Positions 24,461-35,044 of a stretch of DNA of 64,000 nt are shown piece after piece. The notes under the pieces were generated by a model. It had not been told where the DNA came from. It made no database searches and saw only the letters and a list, made by a program, of their open reading frames with translations. Numbering within the stretch: position 1 is the stretch's first letter; every line of letters starts with the position of its first letter. A program made the position numbers and the translations under genes. Origin of the DNA: a virus. The stretch is from the IMG/VR virus record IMGVR_UViG_3300031418_000005, positions 96,001-160,000 of that record, one strand, 5' to 3'.

Positions 24461-26503
24461 ATGACTTTTATTCCACGAAACGGCGCGCCGTTGAATAACA
24501 AGCAAGGCTGGCAGGATAACTCCGTCGCCGCGCTTGTACGGACCCCTACGGGTGATCCGATTCATAAGCCGCTGATCTTCACCTTTGCCGCGCGCGGGGT
24601 AGACAACGAGGCGTTCCCGTTAACCGGGGATAATGCACTGTCTCTGCTTGGTCGTAGTATCTTTGACCTGCGCGGCCCGTACGCGACGTTCAACACGCCT
24701 TACCAGGCGATGTTCAACGCCAACGGCAACGAGTGTATGTATCAGCGTCTGGTTCCGGATGATGCGAAAACTGCAGCTATCCGTGTGTTTGCTGACGTGC
24801 TCGAAACGAAAGTTCCGGCGTACGAACGCGTAAATGGGGTTATCCAGTACGATGCGACTGGCAAGCCCAAAGTCAAAGAGCAGGTTGACGGTATCGTCAT
24901 CGTGTTCCGTTCTGTTGTCATCGATAGCACGACTCCCCCTCTCAAGGGTGGTCTCGTAACCGACGGCACCATGACCGGCGATGGCGGTACCAAATCCAAG
25001 CTTTACCCGCTGTTTGATGTCCAGGGTCCGTACGCGGGCGCTGACGTAAACGGCTTTGGCTTCAAGATGGTTCCACTGAACGAGAAGTCCAATCCAACGA
25101 TGGCTTCCTCGTACCAGAATACTGTCGGTGGTCGCATGTACCAACTCCAGTGGTTCGAAACCCTGGAAGGTGTGACGTCACCGGTGGTCTGGAAAACCAT
25201 CAACGGTCTCAGCAGCATGAACTTCAGCTTTAAGCCTGATGCATACTATCTGCCGATGCGCACCCAGCTCGACTTCGAAACCATCATTCCTGATGGCTAT
25301 CGTAAGACGATGCCGGATGTCGGTGGGCTGCCAGACTACGGTCCGTTCGAAGAGTTCTATATCTACCGTGAGAACCTCGAAACTGTTCTGGGCCTGGCGC
25401 AAGCTGCTGTCCAAAACGTCACGATTGCCGACCCGTACATGGTCGACATCTTCGGCGGCCTTGACCTGATCGGTCAGCCGTATGACGGCCTGCAGGTTAA
25501 CCCTGCTACCGAAACCGGCAAGATGGTCTTCTCCGGGTCTAACATCCACTACCTGCAAGGTGGTAGCGATGGTACCATGGGTGACACCGTTTACGATGAA
25601 CTCGTTCGTCGTGAAATGCTGCTGTTCCCTGAAGACGGAAAAGTCCGTTACGATAACGAACTGAAATATTCACTCGGCTGCTTCTGGGACTCGGGCTTCT
25701 CGTTCGACACCAAAGAAGCGTGTGTGAACTTCATCGGCAAGTCGCGTAACACCTTCCTGACGCTGTGTACCCACGTCTTCGACCAGGGCCGTAATGACCT
25801 GCAAACCGAAGAGGGTGCCAAAGTCGCGCTGATCGAACTCATCACCTCCGTTCCGGAAAGTGCCTACTACGGTACCCCGGCTGCGCGTGGTATGGTGACC
25901 GGTCAGACTGCGTTCATCCGTAACTCTTCTTACAAGAAGCCGGTTCCGATGAACTACAGCATCGCAAGCTTCTTCTCGAAGTATCTCGGTGCTGGCGAAG
26001 GTCGTGCGAACCCTGCATACCGCTTTAGCCGCGGTGAAGAGACGATCATCGAAGATCTGTACGATCTGAGTATGCCGTGGAAAGGCAATGAAGTGTATGC
26101 GTCCGACTGGGATGTGTCGCTCATCACTGCCCGTAGCCGTGACTACTATCGTCTGTTCATTCCGGCGATTCAGTCCATCTACAGCGAAGACCGCTCCGTG
26201 CTGAACAACGCACTGTTCAACTTCATCATGACCTACGTTTACCGTGTGTCTGATGGTGTGTGGGCAGACATGTCTGGTGAAAACCGCATGACGGACAGCG
26301 AACGTGCTAAAATGATCGAAAACAAAGTCACCGAACGGTTGGAAAACCGCCTCGATGGCATTGCGGACGTGACCCCAAGCGCGTACTTCACGGCTGATGA
26401 CAAAGCGAACGGTTATTCCGTCACGCTGGATCTGAATGCGACCGGCGGTGTGTTGCTGACTCAGTTCAACACCACTATCAAAGTCTACCGTCGGGAGAGC
26501 TAA
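24461..26503 (+). CDS. tail sheath protein
   Basis: 680 aa; YLQGGSDG and FWDSGF..TK sheath motifs; high-expression codon bias; synteny. Confidence 0.88.
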   Translation: MTFIPRNGAPLNNKQGWQDNSVAALVRTPTGDPIHKPLIFTFAARGVDNEAFPLTGDNALSLLGRSIFDLRGPYATFNTPYQAMFNANGNECMYQRLVPDDAKTAAIRVFADVLETKVPAYERVNGVIQYDATGKPKVKEQVDGIVIVFRSVVIDSTTPPLKGGLVTDGTMTGDGGTKSKLYPLFDVQGPYAGADVNGFGFKMVPLNEKSNPTMASSYQNTVGGRMYQLQWFETLEGVTSPVVWKTINGLSSMNFSFKPDAYYLPMRTQLDFETIIPDGYRKTMPDVGGLPDYGPFEEFYIYRENLETVLGLAQAAVQNVTIADPYMVDIFGGLDLIGQPYDGLQVNPATETGKMVFSGSNIHYLQGGSDGTMGDTVYDELVRREMLLFPEDGKVRYDNELKYSLGCFWDSGFSFDTKEACVNFIGKSRNTFLTLCTHVFDQGRNDLQTEEGAKVALIELITSVPESAYYGTPAARGMVTGQTAFIRNSSYKKPVPMNYSIASFFSKYLGAGEGRANPAYRFSRGEETIIEDLYDLSMPWKGNEVYASDWDVSLITARSRDYYRLFIPAIQSIYSEDRSVLNNALFNFIMTYVYRVSDGVWADMSGENRMTDSERAKMIENKVTERLENRLDGIADVTPSAYFTADDKANGYSVTLDLNATGGVLLTQFNTTIKVYRRES

Positions 26504-26506
26504 TAG

Positions 26507-27385
26507 ATGTCTATCAAAGATCGTATGATCCTTCCTGATCAGGGGCTGCATGTCGACGGTGGTACGTACGACATGGTCAACCCGTTCTCCTCGGGCCAAA
26601 ACGGCCCGGTTGGACAGGTTGGTAAGTTCGTTACGAACGCCAGCCGTCTGCGCCGTAACGTCATCGCGCGCGTCATGGAATTCCCTCGTTGGGTGGATTA
26701 CATGCCGAACCCGCAGCTGTGGCGTCAGGCAATCAAATCGTTTATCGAGGTTCACACCACGATTACCGGTTTGGACAAAACCCTGAGCGCTGAGTATGTG
26801 CAGACCCAACAGGGTCGTAACAACCGCGTCCAGTATGAAGCTGGCCTGGTAACGGAAGCGCTGTCTTCTGTTACTCACACCACGCCGGATAAACTCGGTA
26901 AGGTGTACCAGAACATGCTGTGGGCATGGCTCGTGTACGGTGTGTGCGATCCCCAGACTGGTCACCCTGGTCTGGCCGCTATCAACCCGAACGTGCCGGA
27001 TCACCTGCCAGACATGTACAGCATGACCGTGCTGTACTTCGAACCGGATGCGTACAACCGCAAACCGCAGAACGCCTGGTGGTTGACCAACATGGCTCCA
27101 GAAACTTCTGGTCAGGATATCGGTGAGCGTGACCCGAACACCGGTCCTCAGACCAACGAACTGTCTATCACCTTCACCTCCCAGCAATGGACAGGTTGGG
27201 GCCCGATGCAGGCAGCGGCGAAGGAACTGGAACGCATGAAGCTGTACGGTCTGCGCCCTTACGAGCGTAAACTGTGGCTGACTCCGTCTCAGCAGACTGA
27301 TGGCATTAACCCTGATGTCGATGCGACTCCGGGTGGCTACCGTTCTGTTTCTGACGAGCAGATGGCTCAGCAGCTCCGCGGCTAA
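26507..27385 (+). CDS. tail tube protein
   Basis: 292 aa directly after sheath; AWWLTNMAP...ELSITFT tube-like motif. Confidence 0.82.
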   Translation: MSIKDRMILPDQGLHVDGGTYDMVNPFSSGQNGPVGQVGKFVTNASRLRRNVIARVMEFPRWVDYMPNPQLWRQAIKSFIEVHTTITGLDKTLSAEYVQTQQGRNNRVQYEAGLVTEALSSVTHTTPDKLGKVYQNMLWAWLVYGVCDPQTGHPGLAAINPNVPDHLPDMYSMTVLYFEPDAYNRKPQNAWWLTNMAPETSGQDIGERDPNTGPQTNELSITFTSQQWTGWGPMQAAAKELERMKLYGLRPYERKLWLTPSQQTDGINPDVDATPGGYRSVSDEQMAQQLRG

Positions 27386-27387
27386 GC

Positions 27388-27443
27388 AAAAAAAAGAAGC
27401 GCGCCTCACTCCTTTACGGGAGTGAGGTACGTTTTATTTTTTC
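27388..27443. terminator. bidirectional terminator
   Basis: CCTCACTCC...GGAGTGAGG hairpin flanked by A and T tracts. Confidence 0.8.
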
Positions 27444-28021
27444 TGTCCTTTCGTGTTATCTTTTTCATCTTCACGCATTTGCATTGCGGCCCCTGCACGG
27501 ATGATAAGGTTCTTCATCTGCATCAGCAGCAGGAAAGAAGACAGCAAATCATATTCTGCCGGTGGTGCCAGGTCAGGACTGTCCGGATGAGCAATTTTCC
27601 ACAGCGTGGTTTCGTTTGGCCCAGCACCCTTTTCAGCAGTAACAATGTCACCGGGCTGCAGTGTCACCAGCTCACGCTCCAGACAACCGATAACGTAGTC
27701 ACCGAATTCAATCAACAGCAGCTGTTTGAAGCGGATGATAAACCCGGCAATCACACGCCCTGCTGAGGACTTGGTGATGTCGTCGAGAAAACGTTGGTAA
27801 CCGTTGACGGTGTGGGGAATCATCTCTGCGGCAAAACCCGCGGTATGTTCAAAAGCGGTTTCATCTACCACCTGGCGCAGGGACAAGGTGAAGACGTCGC
27901 CAATCTGATTAAGGCGCTGGATGATTTCATCACGATTCATCGCGCTTCGCATGACAGTATTCTCGGGAGCTTCTGACGTATGGTTCAGCACATGGCCCGA
28001 GAACAGTGTTTCATCTCTCAT
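27434..28021 (-). CDS. hypothetical protein
   Basis: 195 aa, GGAG RBS. Confidence 0.7.
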   Translation of the reverse strand: MRDETLFSGHVLNHTSEAPENTVMRSAMNRDEIIQRLNQIGDVFTLSLRQVVDETAFEHTAGFAAEMIPHTVNGYQRFLDDITKSSAGRVIAGFIIRFKQLLLIEFGDYVIGCLERELVTLQPGDIVTAEKGAGPNETTLWKIAHPDSPDLAPPAEYDLLSSFLLLMQMKNLIIRAGAAMQMREDEKDNTKGQKK

Positions 28022-28073
28022 TGTTTACTCCAGGATCAAAAAAAAGAGGCAGTCATAAGACCGCCTCTATTTG

Positions 28074-28280
28074 TTACCGCTTCCGACGATAGTGCGCAGC
28101 AATACCTTCGAGAGGTTTCGGCGGCGGCATCTGTCGTGGGAAGCTAATCGTAATCCCAATCTCATCGGGAGGAGCAACTGTGTTGTCCCAACGCAAACCC
28201 GTAGCAGGATTCACGTTAGGGTGACATGTTACTTTACCCCCGAGAGACTCTGCGAGCTGTTTCGGGGAGAAGTCGAACAT
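28074..28280 (-). CDS. small hypothetical protein
   Basis: 68 aa, TAATG coupling to upstream gene. Confidence 0.55.
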   Translation of the reverse strand: MFDFSPKQLAESLGGKVTCHPNVNPATGLRWDNTVAPPDEIGITISFPRQMPPPKPLEGIAAHYRRKR

Positions 28281-28765
28281 TACTCTTCGTCTTCCTCATC
28301 GCCCGCCATCATGGCAGCCGCAAAGCTTTTACGCAGTTTGCCTTCCAGCGCTTTAGACTTCGGTGCGCCGTAGCCGAAGCCGATAGAGGCTTCCCATTCT
28401 TTCTTGGTCGGCTCATCACCGGTCGGGCGAGCGAAGACAGTCGAGAAGCTGGCGTTACCGATATCCAGTTTCAGGTCCAGCGCAGCAACGTCTTTGTCCG
28501 CCTTCGCGCGGTCAACGATAACACCACTGGCGATACCGCCGTACACTTCGAGGAAGTTCGCATCGTGCTGGCGCAATGCGTTAGCATCTTCCAGCGTGAA
28601 GCGATATTCCAGATCGTTGATTTTGGTGGTCGGCAACGTCTCTTCGTAGAGCTTCTGCATCGGCTCAGCTTTCAGAGACAGGTCTTCGTTCAGTACAACG
28701 GTCGGACCTTCGATAGCGTCGATCAGGGCAGACAGTTCTTTGATAGAGGTTACTTTAGTGGTCAT
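28280..28765 (-). CDS. hypothetical, probably abundant protein with acidic tail
   Basis: 161 aa, strong codon bias, AAGGA RBS. Confidence 0.75.
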   Translation of the reverse strand: MTTKVTSIKELSALIDAIEGPTVVLNEDLSLKAEPMQKLYEETLPTTKINDLEYRFTLEDANALRQHDANFLEVYGGIASGVIVDRAKADKDVAALDLKLDIGNASFSTVFARPTGDEPTKKEWEASIGFGYGAPKSKALEGKLRKSFAAAMMAGDEEDEE

Positions 28766-28782
28766 TGCTTTATCCTTCAGGG

Positions 28783-29454
28783 TTACTTGGAATGAAGACG
28801 AGCTTCGAGCTCATCAGTGATTTCGGGTGTGAAGCAATCGATATCCAATTGTTCCACATGGTCTAACCGGGCCAACAGTTTCTCAGCAAAGAGTGTGTGG
28901 TACCAGTCAGGAACTTTGGACTTACCGTCTTTACCAAACTTCTCTTTGATGTGGCGCACAGCATGGAATTTCGCATCGGTGACGCTTTTGCCATGGTCGC
29001 GTGCATACAGGTAAGAGCGATAAGCATAATTCATCACATCGTCCACAGACGGGATGCCGCGGTCAGCAGCAGCCACAATCTCAGAGACAATGCCGTTGTA
29101 GTTCCCTTTGTGAGAACTACGATGTTCTAATACCGCGTGGGCGATGATAAGACACTCGTCATCGGTGAGTTTGTATTTACGCTTGAGTACCGGCTTGTTG
29201 TCCAGTATCCAGCTGTAGCCTTTGATGTGGTGTGAAGCACGGTCTTCTTTGGTTGAGAAGATATCGTGTGCCGCAATCGCAATCAGCGCCAACTTCAAAT
29301 GCTCGGTTTCACCCAACAGGTACGCAATCCGAATCGCGTTAGACTTCACAGACTGGATGTGGTCGATGCGGTGAGCGCTATCGGTATACAGATAGAAGTC
29401 ACGGAATTGACGTACCAGTTTTTCCCACAGCTTGTTGATTTCGGTGCCTTGCAT
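28783..29454 (-). CDS. HD-domain phosphohydrolase
   Basis: AH..DH, AAHD, HR, AAAD motifs. Confidence 0.88.
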   Translation of the reverse strand: MQGTEINKLWEKLVRQFRDFYLYTDSAHRIDHIQSVKSNAIRIAYLLGETEHLKLALIAIAAHDIFSTKEDRASHHIKGYSWILDNKPVLKRKYKLTDDECLIIAHAVLEHRSSHKGNYNGIVSEIVAAADRGIPSVDDVMNYAYRSYLYARDHGKSVTDAKFHAVRHIKEKFGKDGKSKVPDWYHTLFAEKLLARLDHVEQLDIDCFTPEITDELEARLHSK

Positions 29455-29494
29455 TGTTTTCTTTTCCTAAAAGGTAATGGTCGAATTGAATTAC

Positions 29495-29899
29495 TTACGC
29501 TGCGGTGAGTTCCGCAAACTTCTTAGCGGCAAGAGTCATGGTCGTTTGAAACTCCGCTAACTCTTCACCGGCGATGATGCCTTTGAGGTGCTGGTCGCCC
29601 GTCACCAGTTCGCCGAAAGCGAACGGTAAGTTGGCAAACTCACCTTGCAGCTGATGTTCCTGACGCCATTGTGCGTCAGTCATCAACAAGATGAATTTTG
29701 CAGCATCCGGACTTTGAAGTGTGGTGGCCATGTCGGTGGTGTTTGCTTCGTGCAGACGTTTATCACGCGCTACACACAGCTCAACCGGGTCAGACAACAA
29801 CGAGATTAAATCGTCTTCGTTGCTGGCAGCTTTTGCCGTTAACATTAACATCACGAACGGGTCGCGGCAAAGGTTTACAATTTGGTCTGAAATGTTCAT
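29495..29899 (-). CDS. hypothetical (likely early) protein
   Basis: 134 aa, AAGGAG RBS, promoter upstream. Confidence 0.75.
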   Translation of the reverse strand: MNISDQIVNLCRDPFVMLMLTAKAASNEDDLISLLSDPVELCVARDKRLHEANTTDMATTLQSPDAAKFILLMTDAQWRQEHQLQGEFANLPFAFGELVTGDQHLKGIIAGEELAEFQTTMTLAAKKFAELTAA

Positions 29900-29955
29900 A
29901 AGGTGCTCCTTAAGGTTATAGTCGAGTAAAAGATTAGGAATGTAATCTCACCTAA

Positions 29956-29985
29956 GTAAAATATATCTGTAAGAATTTCGAATGC
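29956..29985 (-). promoter_or_regulatory. putative phage early promoter
   Basis: GCATTCGAAATTCTTACAGATATATTTTAC, near-identical to 6631-6660. Confidence 0.65.
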
Positions 29986-30034
29986 ACTTAAAATAAAACG
30001 GGTAGTCCTCTCGGGTGAAAGGACTACCTAAGGA

Positions 30035-30583
30035 TTAAATCGGCAACAGAGTTCCCGAGAGATTAATCGGGTCTTCGTAGAACGCTTCGCATTGACTACA
30101 GACGGCCGGGATATTCGGCTGTTCTGTTCGTACCCAAATCGCTCCCCCGCCCTGTAGCACCCATTCACGACAGTTCCGACCATAATCGTCGACAAGCAAA
30201 TTCCCCCGTGAGGCGTAAGCTGCTTTCTGCCCAGAGTTCTCAGTGACAATGACTTTATCTGACGGCACACCAAAGTGCTTTAAGAACCAGCGCTGTTTCG
30301 ACTCAACCACCAACTGGTGGTCAAAGTGGTCTTCAGAACCGGATGTCAGTATTGCCCACGAATCACACAACTTTTCCAGCGTTTCAATAATCTTGCCCGC
30401 CTCGGGAATAGGCTGGAGCTTATAGAACAAATCTGGATCACGCTGATACATCTCGCGTGTCAGACTGCGACGACGTAGCTCAGGTAACGCATTGAACTCC
30501 TTAATCGTCAATCCCGGAAAATGTGTGGATAATACGTAGGTACGCCAACGCGCAAATAACCCATCGCTATCCAAATAGAACAT
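30035..30583 (-). CDS. HAD-family 5'(3')-deoxyribonucleotidase
   Basis: Start ATG 30583 (AAGGA RBS): YLDSDG motif I, ILTS, K..W, LLVDD. Confidence 0.85.
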   Translation of the reverse strand: MFYLDSDGLFARWRTYVLSTHFPGLTIKEFNALPELRRRSLTREMYQRDPDLFYKLQPIPEAGKIIETLEKLCDSWAILTSGSEDHFDHQLVVESKQRWFLKHFGVPSDKVIVTENSGQKAAYASRGNLLVDDYGRNCREWVLQGGGAIWVRTEQPNIPAVCSQCEAFYEDPINLSGTLLPI

Positions 30584-30641
30584 GTTTGCTTCCTTTAAAA
30601 TTGTAATCCCCAACACATGAACTACCAGAACCGTAAAAAAA

Positions 30642-30941
30642 CTACAACTGCTTAATGGTGATGTTGGAACGGTACGGCTCCGCCAACAAGAAATAGGTGC
30701 GGGTGTAATCGATAGTAACTCCTGCTGAACGAATATCGCAATAGAACTGTGCGATGTCTTGTTGAGCAATACCCGCGACAATGTTGTTGATCTTCCGCTT
30801 GGTGTCAAAACGCCCACCGAGAATTTCAGCCAGCACATCTCGACCACAGCGTTCCTGAACCGCGTAGAGAGCCAGAGCTTTCAGTTCGTCCGGTGTCAAC
30901 GTTTGCAGCGTCGAGGGTATTGCGATGTTAACGACTTTCAT
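30642..30941 (-). CDS. hypothetical protein
   Basis: Start ATG 30941 with AGGGG RBS; 99 aa. Confidence 0.65.
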   Translation of the reverse strand: MKVVNIAIPSTLQTLTPDELKALALYAVQERCGRDVLAEILGGRFDTKRKINNIVAGIAQQDIAQFYCDIRSAGVTIDYTRTYFLLAEPYRSNITIKQL

Positions 30942-30993
30942 GCTTTCCCCCTGATTACGGTAAGTGGTGATTTGCAGACCACGAACTTGCCGG

Positions 30994-31623
30994 TCACGGG
31001 GTGACAGTGTATTCGTTAATGGCGGCGTCGAAGGCAGTTCGACCGACTTCTTTCGCATCACTGCATTTGAGTGTTTCTTTCTCCCAATCTACAGTGACGA
31101 AAGCTTCGTAGAAGACATCTGCTTTCAACAGTTGGTAGGAGTTCCAGCGAACATCCTGACCGAAACACATCTGGTACGTGAACTTACTACCGGCCTCGCC
31201 GAGCGATGATAAACGCATCTCGCCAAGTACAGTTGGTTTGATATCCCAGTTCGACATACGGTGCGGAACAATCCACACTTCGCCTGCGCGATTGGGTTCG
31301 CACGTTAAGTCCACTGACGGTTGTACGACCGCGCGTTCTTGAAACCCGTGTAAGAATAACCGGGTCGGAATCTCAATGGTAGAAAAGAGATGCCGGACAC
31401 CGTGAATACAACGGGTGATATCTACCGAGCAGCAAATACGCGGCACGGTCATATCTTCATCACGCGCAACAGAAAGAGGGATACGCGGTGAGAACACCGA
31501 GATCTTACTCTTGCTCAGATGCAGTGGCTGTTCGTTAAGTTGGCGTAACTTTACTTTCTTAACGACACGCGGCATTTGCTGCTGCAGCCAGCGCTCTAAT
31601 GAGGGGTCGACGTTTTCGCTCAT
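30994..31623 (-). CDS. hypothetical protein, possible ART-like fold
   Basis: Start ATG 31623; HLS..FSPRIP..ED..PRICCS..EVW. Confidence 0.6.
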   Translation of the reverse strand: MSENVDPSLERWLQQQMPRVVKKVKLRQLNEQPLHLSKSKISVFSPRIPLSVARDEDMTVPRICCSVDITRCIHGVRHLFSTIEIPTRLFLHGFQERAVVQPSVDLTCEPNRAGEVWIVPHRMSNWDIKPTVLGEMRLSSLGEAGSKFTYQMCFGQDVRWNSYQLLKADVFYEAFVTVDWEKETLKCSDAKEVGRTAFDAAINEYTVTP

Positions 31624-31624
31624 T

Positions 31625-32428
31625 TTACCAGCTTCCCTTACCCATGCCCATGACACGCAGGTTAGAGCGACGCGGCGTTAACGCCAGGTACTCTTGTGCG
31701 ATACCACGCAGTGCTCCACGACGAGACTCCGTAGCCACAGTAGACACTGCGGTCGGGTTGTAGATGATGTCTTCCAGCACTTCCATGCTGATCGGACGGT
31801 CAACGTACGTACGGGTTGATTCTTGCGCCACTTTAGAGCCACGCTGAATCGCGGAATATTTGTTGCAGATTTGCAGCCCGTCTTCGATAACCCAGTCAAA
31901 GGTCACCAGTTTATCGATACGACGCACAACCTGCCCACCGATACGACCTTCGCGTACGATGGCACGCAGCGAGAAGCACACGTTCTGATGTGGGTTCTCG
32001 AGCGCTTCTGCCAGGAGCGGACCACGTTCGCGGTTCGGCTTCACCCAGCCCCAGATTTCCATCACCGGCAGACCGTTACAGACCTGGTCAGTCGGTTTCA
32101 CTTCCACTTCACGAATGTGCATACAGACGTTTTTCGTCTCAATCCATTCGTTGCGCTCAATCCACTGGGCTTCGGACATGCCCTGCTCGTACGGAGGGTG
32201 GTCTTCTTCACCGAAGAGATTCCCCGCCTGCACTTTGCGCATGAAGATGTTAGAACGTTCGAAGACGTGCTTCGATTCGTTGTAAGCGTAATAGATATTC
32301 TCAGAGTTGAAAATATTCAGTGCGCCTAAAAGGACGTAGTAGTAACCGTCCGCATCTTTCTTGAGCGTTGCCCCTTTATTGACCCCAGCCAGCGCTACGC
32401 AGTTATAACGTAGTGACAAGTTTTCCAT
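31625..32428 (-). CDS. prohead (maturation) serine protease, phiKZ gp175/SPN3US gp245 type
   Basis: GEEDHP (His), FSLRA (Ser), TFDWV (Asp); C-terminal AxE autocleavage-type sites AQE, ATE. Confidence 0.88.
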   Translation of the reverse strand: MENLSLRYNCVALAGVNKGATLKKDADGYYYVLLGALNIFNSENIYYAYNESKHVFERSNIFMRKVQAGNLFGEEDHPPYEQGMSEAQWIERNEWIETKNVCMHIREVEVKPTDQVCNGLPVMEIWGWVKPNRERGPLLAEALENPHQNVCFSLRAIVREGRIGGQVVRRIDKLVTFDWVIEDGLQICNKYSAIQRGSKVAQESTRTYVDRPISMEVLEDIIYNPTAVSTVATESRRGALRGIAQEYLALTPRRSNLRVMGMGKGSW

Positions 32429-32483
32429 TGTTTTCCCCAGTTTCTTTTTTCAGTCCAGTGTGCGCCCGAAAGCGCACCACCAG

Positions 32484-33218
32484 TTATCGCATAAACAGAT
32501 CCTCGAGCGGTTCGGCACGGACTGGATCGACTTGCAGTGCAGAACGAATACCTTGTTTCAGTTCCACGTCAGCAAGCTTCGCCAGACGCGACGTTTTGTT
32601 GAGTGAGCCACTGCGCAATGGAATGAACTGCACAGGGTTGCTCAAATCGCTGTCCTTTTTCAATGTGTCCCGGAAATACGTGCGCGGGTCGCCAACTTTA
32701 CGCTGCGTGTGGGCAGCATAGACGTCTGCTGTGATTTGGTCAGCAAACACGGTAAAGCCATTCCACTTCTTGGTCTTATCCGGTGCCAGTAGTTCGGCAT
32801 CGTCATCAGTTTGCATCCAGAAGGGACGGTTACCAAAGTCGTATACGTACGACGCGATGTTGTACACAGGTGACGGCATCACCTGCAACATGCGGTTGGG
32901 GAAAACAACCGTACCGGGGTCAAAACGGAATTCGTAATACGGAACACCGTGGACATCAATCTCTTCAAACGCCGACGGGGTAATCTCGATGAAGGTCGTA
33001 ACCCCCGAGACCCCGTAGGTTTTCCGGTCGGTCGATATCGCAAACAAACCGATAATCGTTACCGTCGAAGAAACCACCGCCAACTCTTTCGCCACAAACC
33101 CAACAGGGATGTAAATGTAACATCCCCCTTTGGTAGTGGTGACCGTGCCGTTGTTTACCAAGTCAGCATGAATCTTCGTTGGGTCACGACGGGCTGTTTC
33201 AATTGCACTCACGATCAC
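32484..33218 (-). CDS. probable virion RNA polymerase beta'-C subunit
   Basis: 244 aa between protease and vRNAP block; C-terminal SRLAKL...GIRSAL...LE resembles the beta' C-terminus; synteny. Confidence 0.65.
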   Translation of the reverse strand: MIVSAIETARRDPTKIHADLVNNGTVTTTKGGCYIYIPVGFVAKELAVVSSTVTIIGLFAISTDRKTYGVSGVTTFIEITPSAFEEIDVHGVPYYEFRFDPGTVVFPNRMLQVMPSPVYNIASYVYDFGNRPFWMQTDDDAELLAPDKTKKWNGFTVFADQITADVYAAHTQRKVGDPRTYFRDTLKKDSDLSNPVQFIPLRSGSLNKTSRLAKLADVELKQGIRSALQVDPVRAEPLEDLFMR

Positions 33219-33229
33219 CTCCTACAGGT

Positions 33230-34705
33230 TTAAGCGCGTTTCAGGATATCAACACAAATAGCACCGCATACCCAGTTGATGACGTAGTTAATCATCCAGT
33301 CGGTGGCCACTTCGTCAGGCTGGCGGTTGTTAATCATGCCGTGGTGAATTTCCAGCAGCAGATTGCACAGATCGTATTCGCCAAAGACCTCGGCCGAGGA
33401 GGTACGGATAACGAACTCGGTGATATCTTTGGTGCTGTTACCAAACAGGTGATCGATAGAAGAGAACACACCGGTTTTGATTTGGTCAGCCGTGAACAGG
33501 TTACCCTGCGCATCGCGCGCCAGATATTCTGGGTCGAGCGTATCGATAGCCACCGCAAAAGCAGTTTTCAGCGACGCACGGTTACGGCTCAGCCAATCGG
33601 TGTCGTTCTTCGCACGCTGGATAGCACTGCGGTGCGCATAAGCGGCACGATAATCGTTCGCCCGCTCCAGCAGAGACGGTACACGCGTAGACACACGGGT
33701 ATCGCCATCATCCAGCAGATAAATCGCCCCGAGCAGCGCTTCCACATCACCACCTTTTTCCAGGTAGTCTTTAAAGGCTTCCTGGCAGATGTAGACTTTC
33801 TTCTCGTTACCGTCGTAACCGAATACCACGTTACCGGACGCCACACGTTCAACAATGGCGTTCGCGTAGGCATACACCCAACCGATGTTGCTGTAGTAGA
33901 GCGGCAGCATTTTCGCACGCCATTCACCGCTACCCAGGTTGGAGTTTTCCCACGGACGTTCAACGTAGTAGGACGCCAGCAGCATGAACAGGATGTTCTT
34001 TTTCAGGTTGTGTGGTGCCTGTTCAGAAACTGGCGACAGCATGTTCCCTTCCAGCATCCCCTGAACCGCCTCAACGATAGACATCCCGGTTTCGTTCAAC
34101 AGGGTACGTACGAGGTCATCGTACATTTTGTTCCCGGTTTCCGGAATTTCCAGGTTGGTCGGCACGTTAGCTTTTACGGCTTCGTGCGTTGTCCCGTTAC
34201 CCAGCGGGTTTTCGATTTCGTCAATCAGCGCCTGCACCACCGGACTTTCCAGGGCAGCATCCATCCCGACCGGTACCAGGTTCCACTCTTCAGAGAGTTC
34301 CTGCTGTTCAACCGGCTGGTTGTTCTGAATCACGTTTTGCACGAACGGCTGAATCACGTTACGCGCAAAGTCCAGCATCCCATTACAGCGCTGGATGGCC
34401 ATGTTCTTCAGTTCGAACAGGGTCGGTTCGTGGTCTTCCACGTTCAGCACTTCTGCACCGGCTGCAGTATCCGCCACAACCGAGGCTTCCCCTGTACCGT
34501 GCGCCGGAGTTTTGATTTTGGTGATATCCGGCAGCTGTTGGAAGAACTGCTCGTCAGTGATGCCGGTGTTAAAGATAGGGGCCTGGTCGGTTGCTTTGTT
34601 CAGCAGACCAATCGGGCTATCTTCTTCCGCATCCAAACGGATGTTAAACTGTTTGCACAGCTTCATCGCGTTAGTGACGGCGTTAAGTGAGTATAAACTG
34701 ATCAT
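33230..34705 (-). CDS. virion head protein
   Basis: 491 aa in vRNAP/protease operon (remembered synteny). Confidence 0.6.
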   Translation of the reverse strand: MISLYSLNAVTNAMKLCKQFNIRLDAEEDSPIGLLNKATDQAPIFNTGITDEQFFQQLPDITKIKTPAHGTGEASVVADTAAGAEVLNVEDHEPTLFELKNMAIQRCNGMLDFARNVIQPFVQNVIQNNQPVEQQELSEEWNLVPVGMDAALESPVVQALIDEIENPLGNGTTHEAVKANVPTNLEIPETGNKMYDDLVRTLLNETGMSIVEAVQGMLEGNMLSPVSEQAPHNLKKNILFMLLASYYVERPWENSNLGSGEWRAKMLPLYYSNIGWVYAYANAIVERVASGNVVFGYDGNEKKVYICQEAFKDYLEKGGDVEALLGAIYLLDDGDTRVSTRVPSLLERANDYRAAYAHRSAIQRAKNDTDWLSRNRASLKTAFAVAIDTLDPEYLARDAQGNLFTADQIKTGVFSSIDHLFGNSTKDITEFVIRTSSAEVFGEYDLCNLLLEIHHGMINNRQPDEVATDWMINYVINWVCGAICVDILKRA

Positions 34706-35001
34706 GCCTGACCCCCGTTCTCGGTGCTGGCTGCTTCCTGGATACGCGCGGTAAGGCGGGCACCGACTAAATCTGCAATGTCGCGTTTCAGCATACGCTG
34801 ATCGCCCTGACGATCGGTCAGGCCACTGTTGCCTTTCATCAGACCGTGCAGAATCTCTGTGGTCAGTTCAACGGCATTACCCAGCGTAACAAAGTTCAGA
34901 CGCTGTTGCGGGGAATAACCCTCGGTTTCCTGCTGAGTAATATTCTTACCCGTTGGAATCCCGTTACGCATTTTGATAGAATCTAAAATACTCATTCTCA
35001 A
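34702..35001 (-). CDS. small hypothetical/virion protein
   Basis: ~99 aa, ATGA coupled to next gene. Confidence 0.7.
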   Translation of the reverse strand: MRMSILDSIKMRNGIPTGKNITQQETEGYSPQQRLNFVTLGNAVELTTEILHGLMKGNSGLTDRQGDQRMLKRDIADLVGARLTARIQEAASTENGGQA

Positions 35002-35044
35002 CTCCGGAGTTGTTTACGAGGGTGGGAGCGACCCACCCTTAGGA

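Noticed and set aside
25670-27409. 579-aa minus-strand ORF opposite sheath and tube genes
   Set aside because: Antisense shadow of strongly codon-biased genes; no motifs, atypical composition
33179-34690. 503-aa plus-strand ORF opposite the head protein gene
   Set aside because: In-register antisense shadow; same artefact
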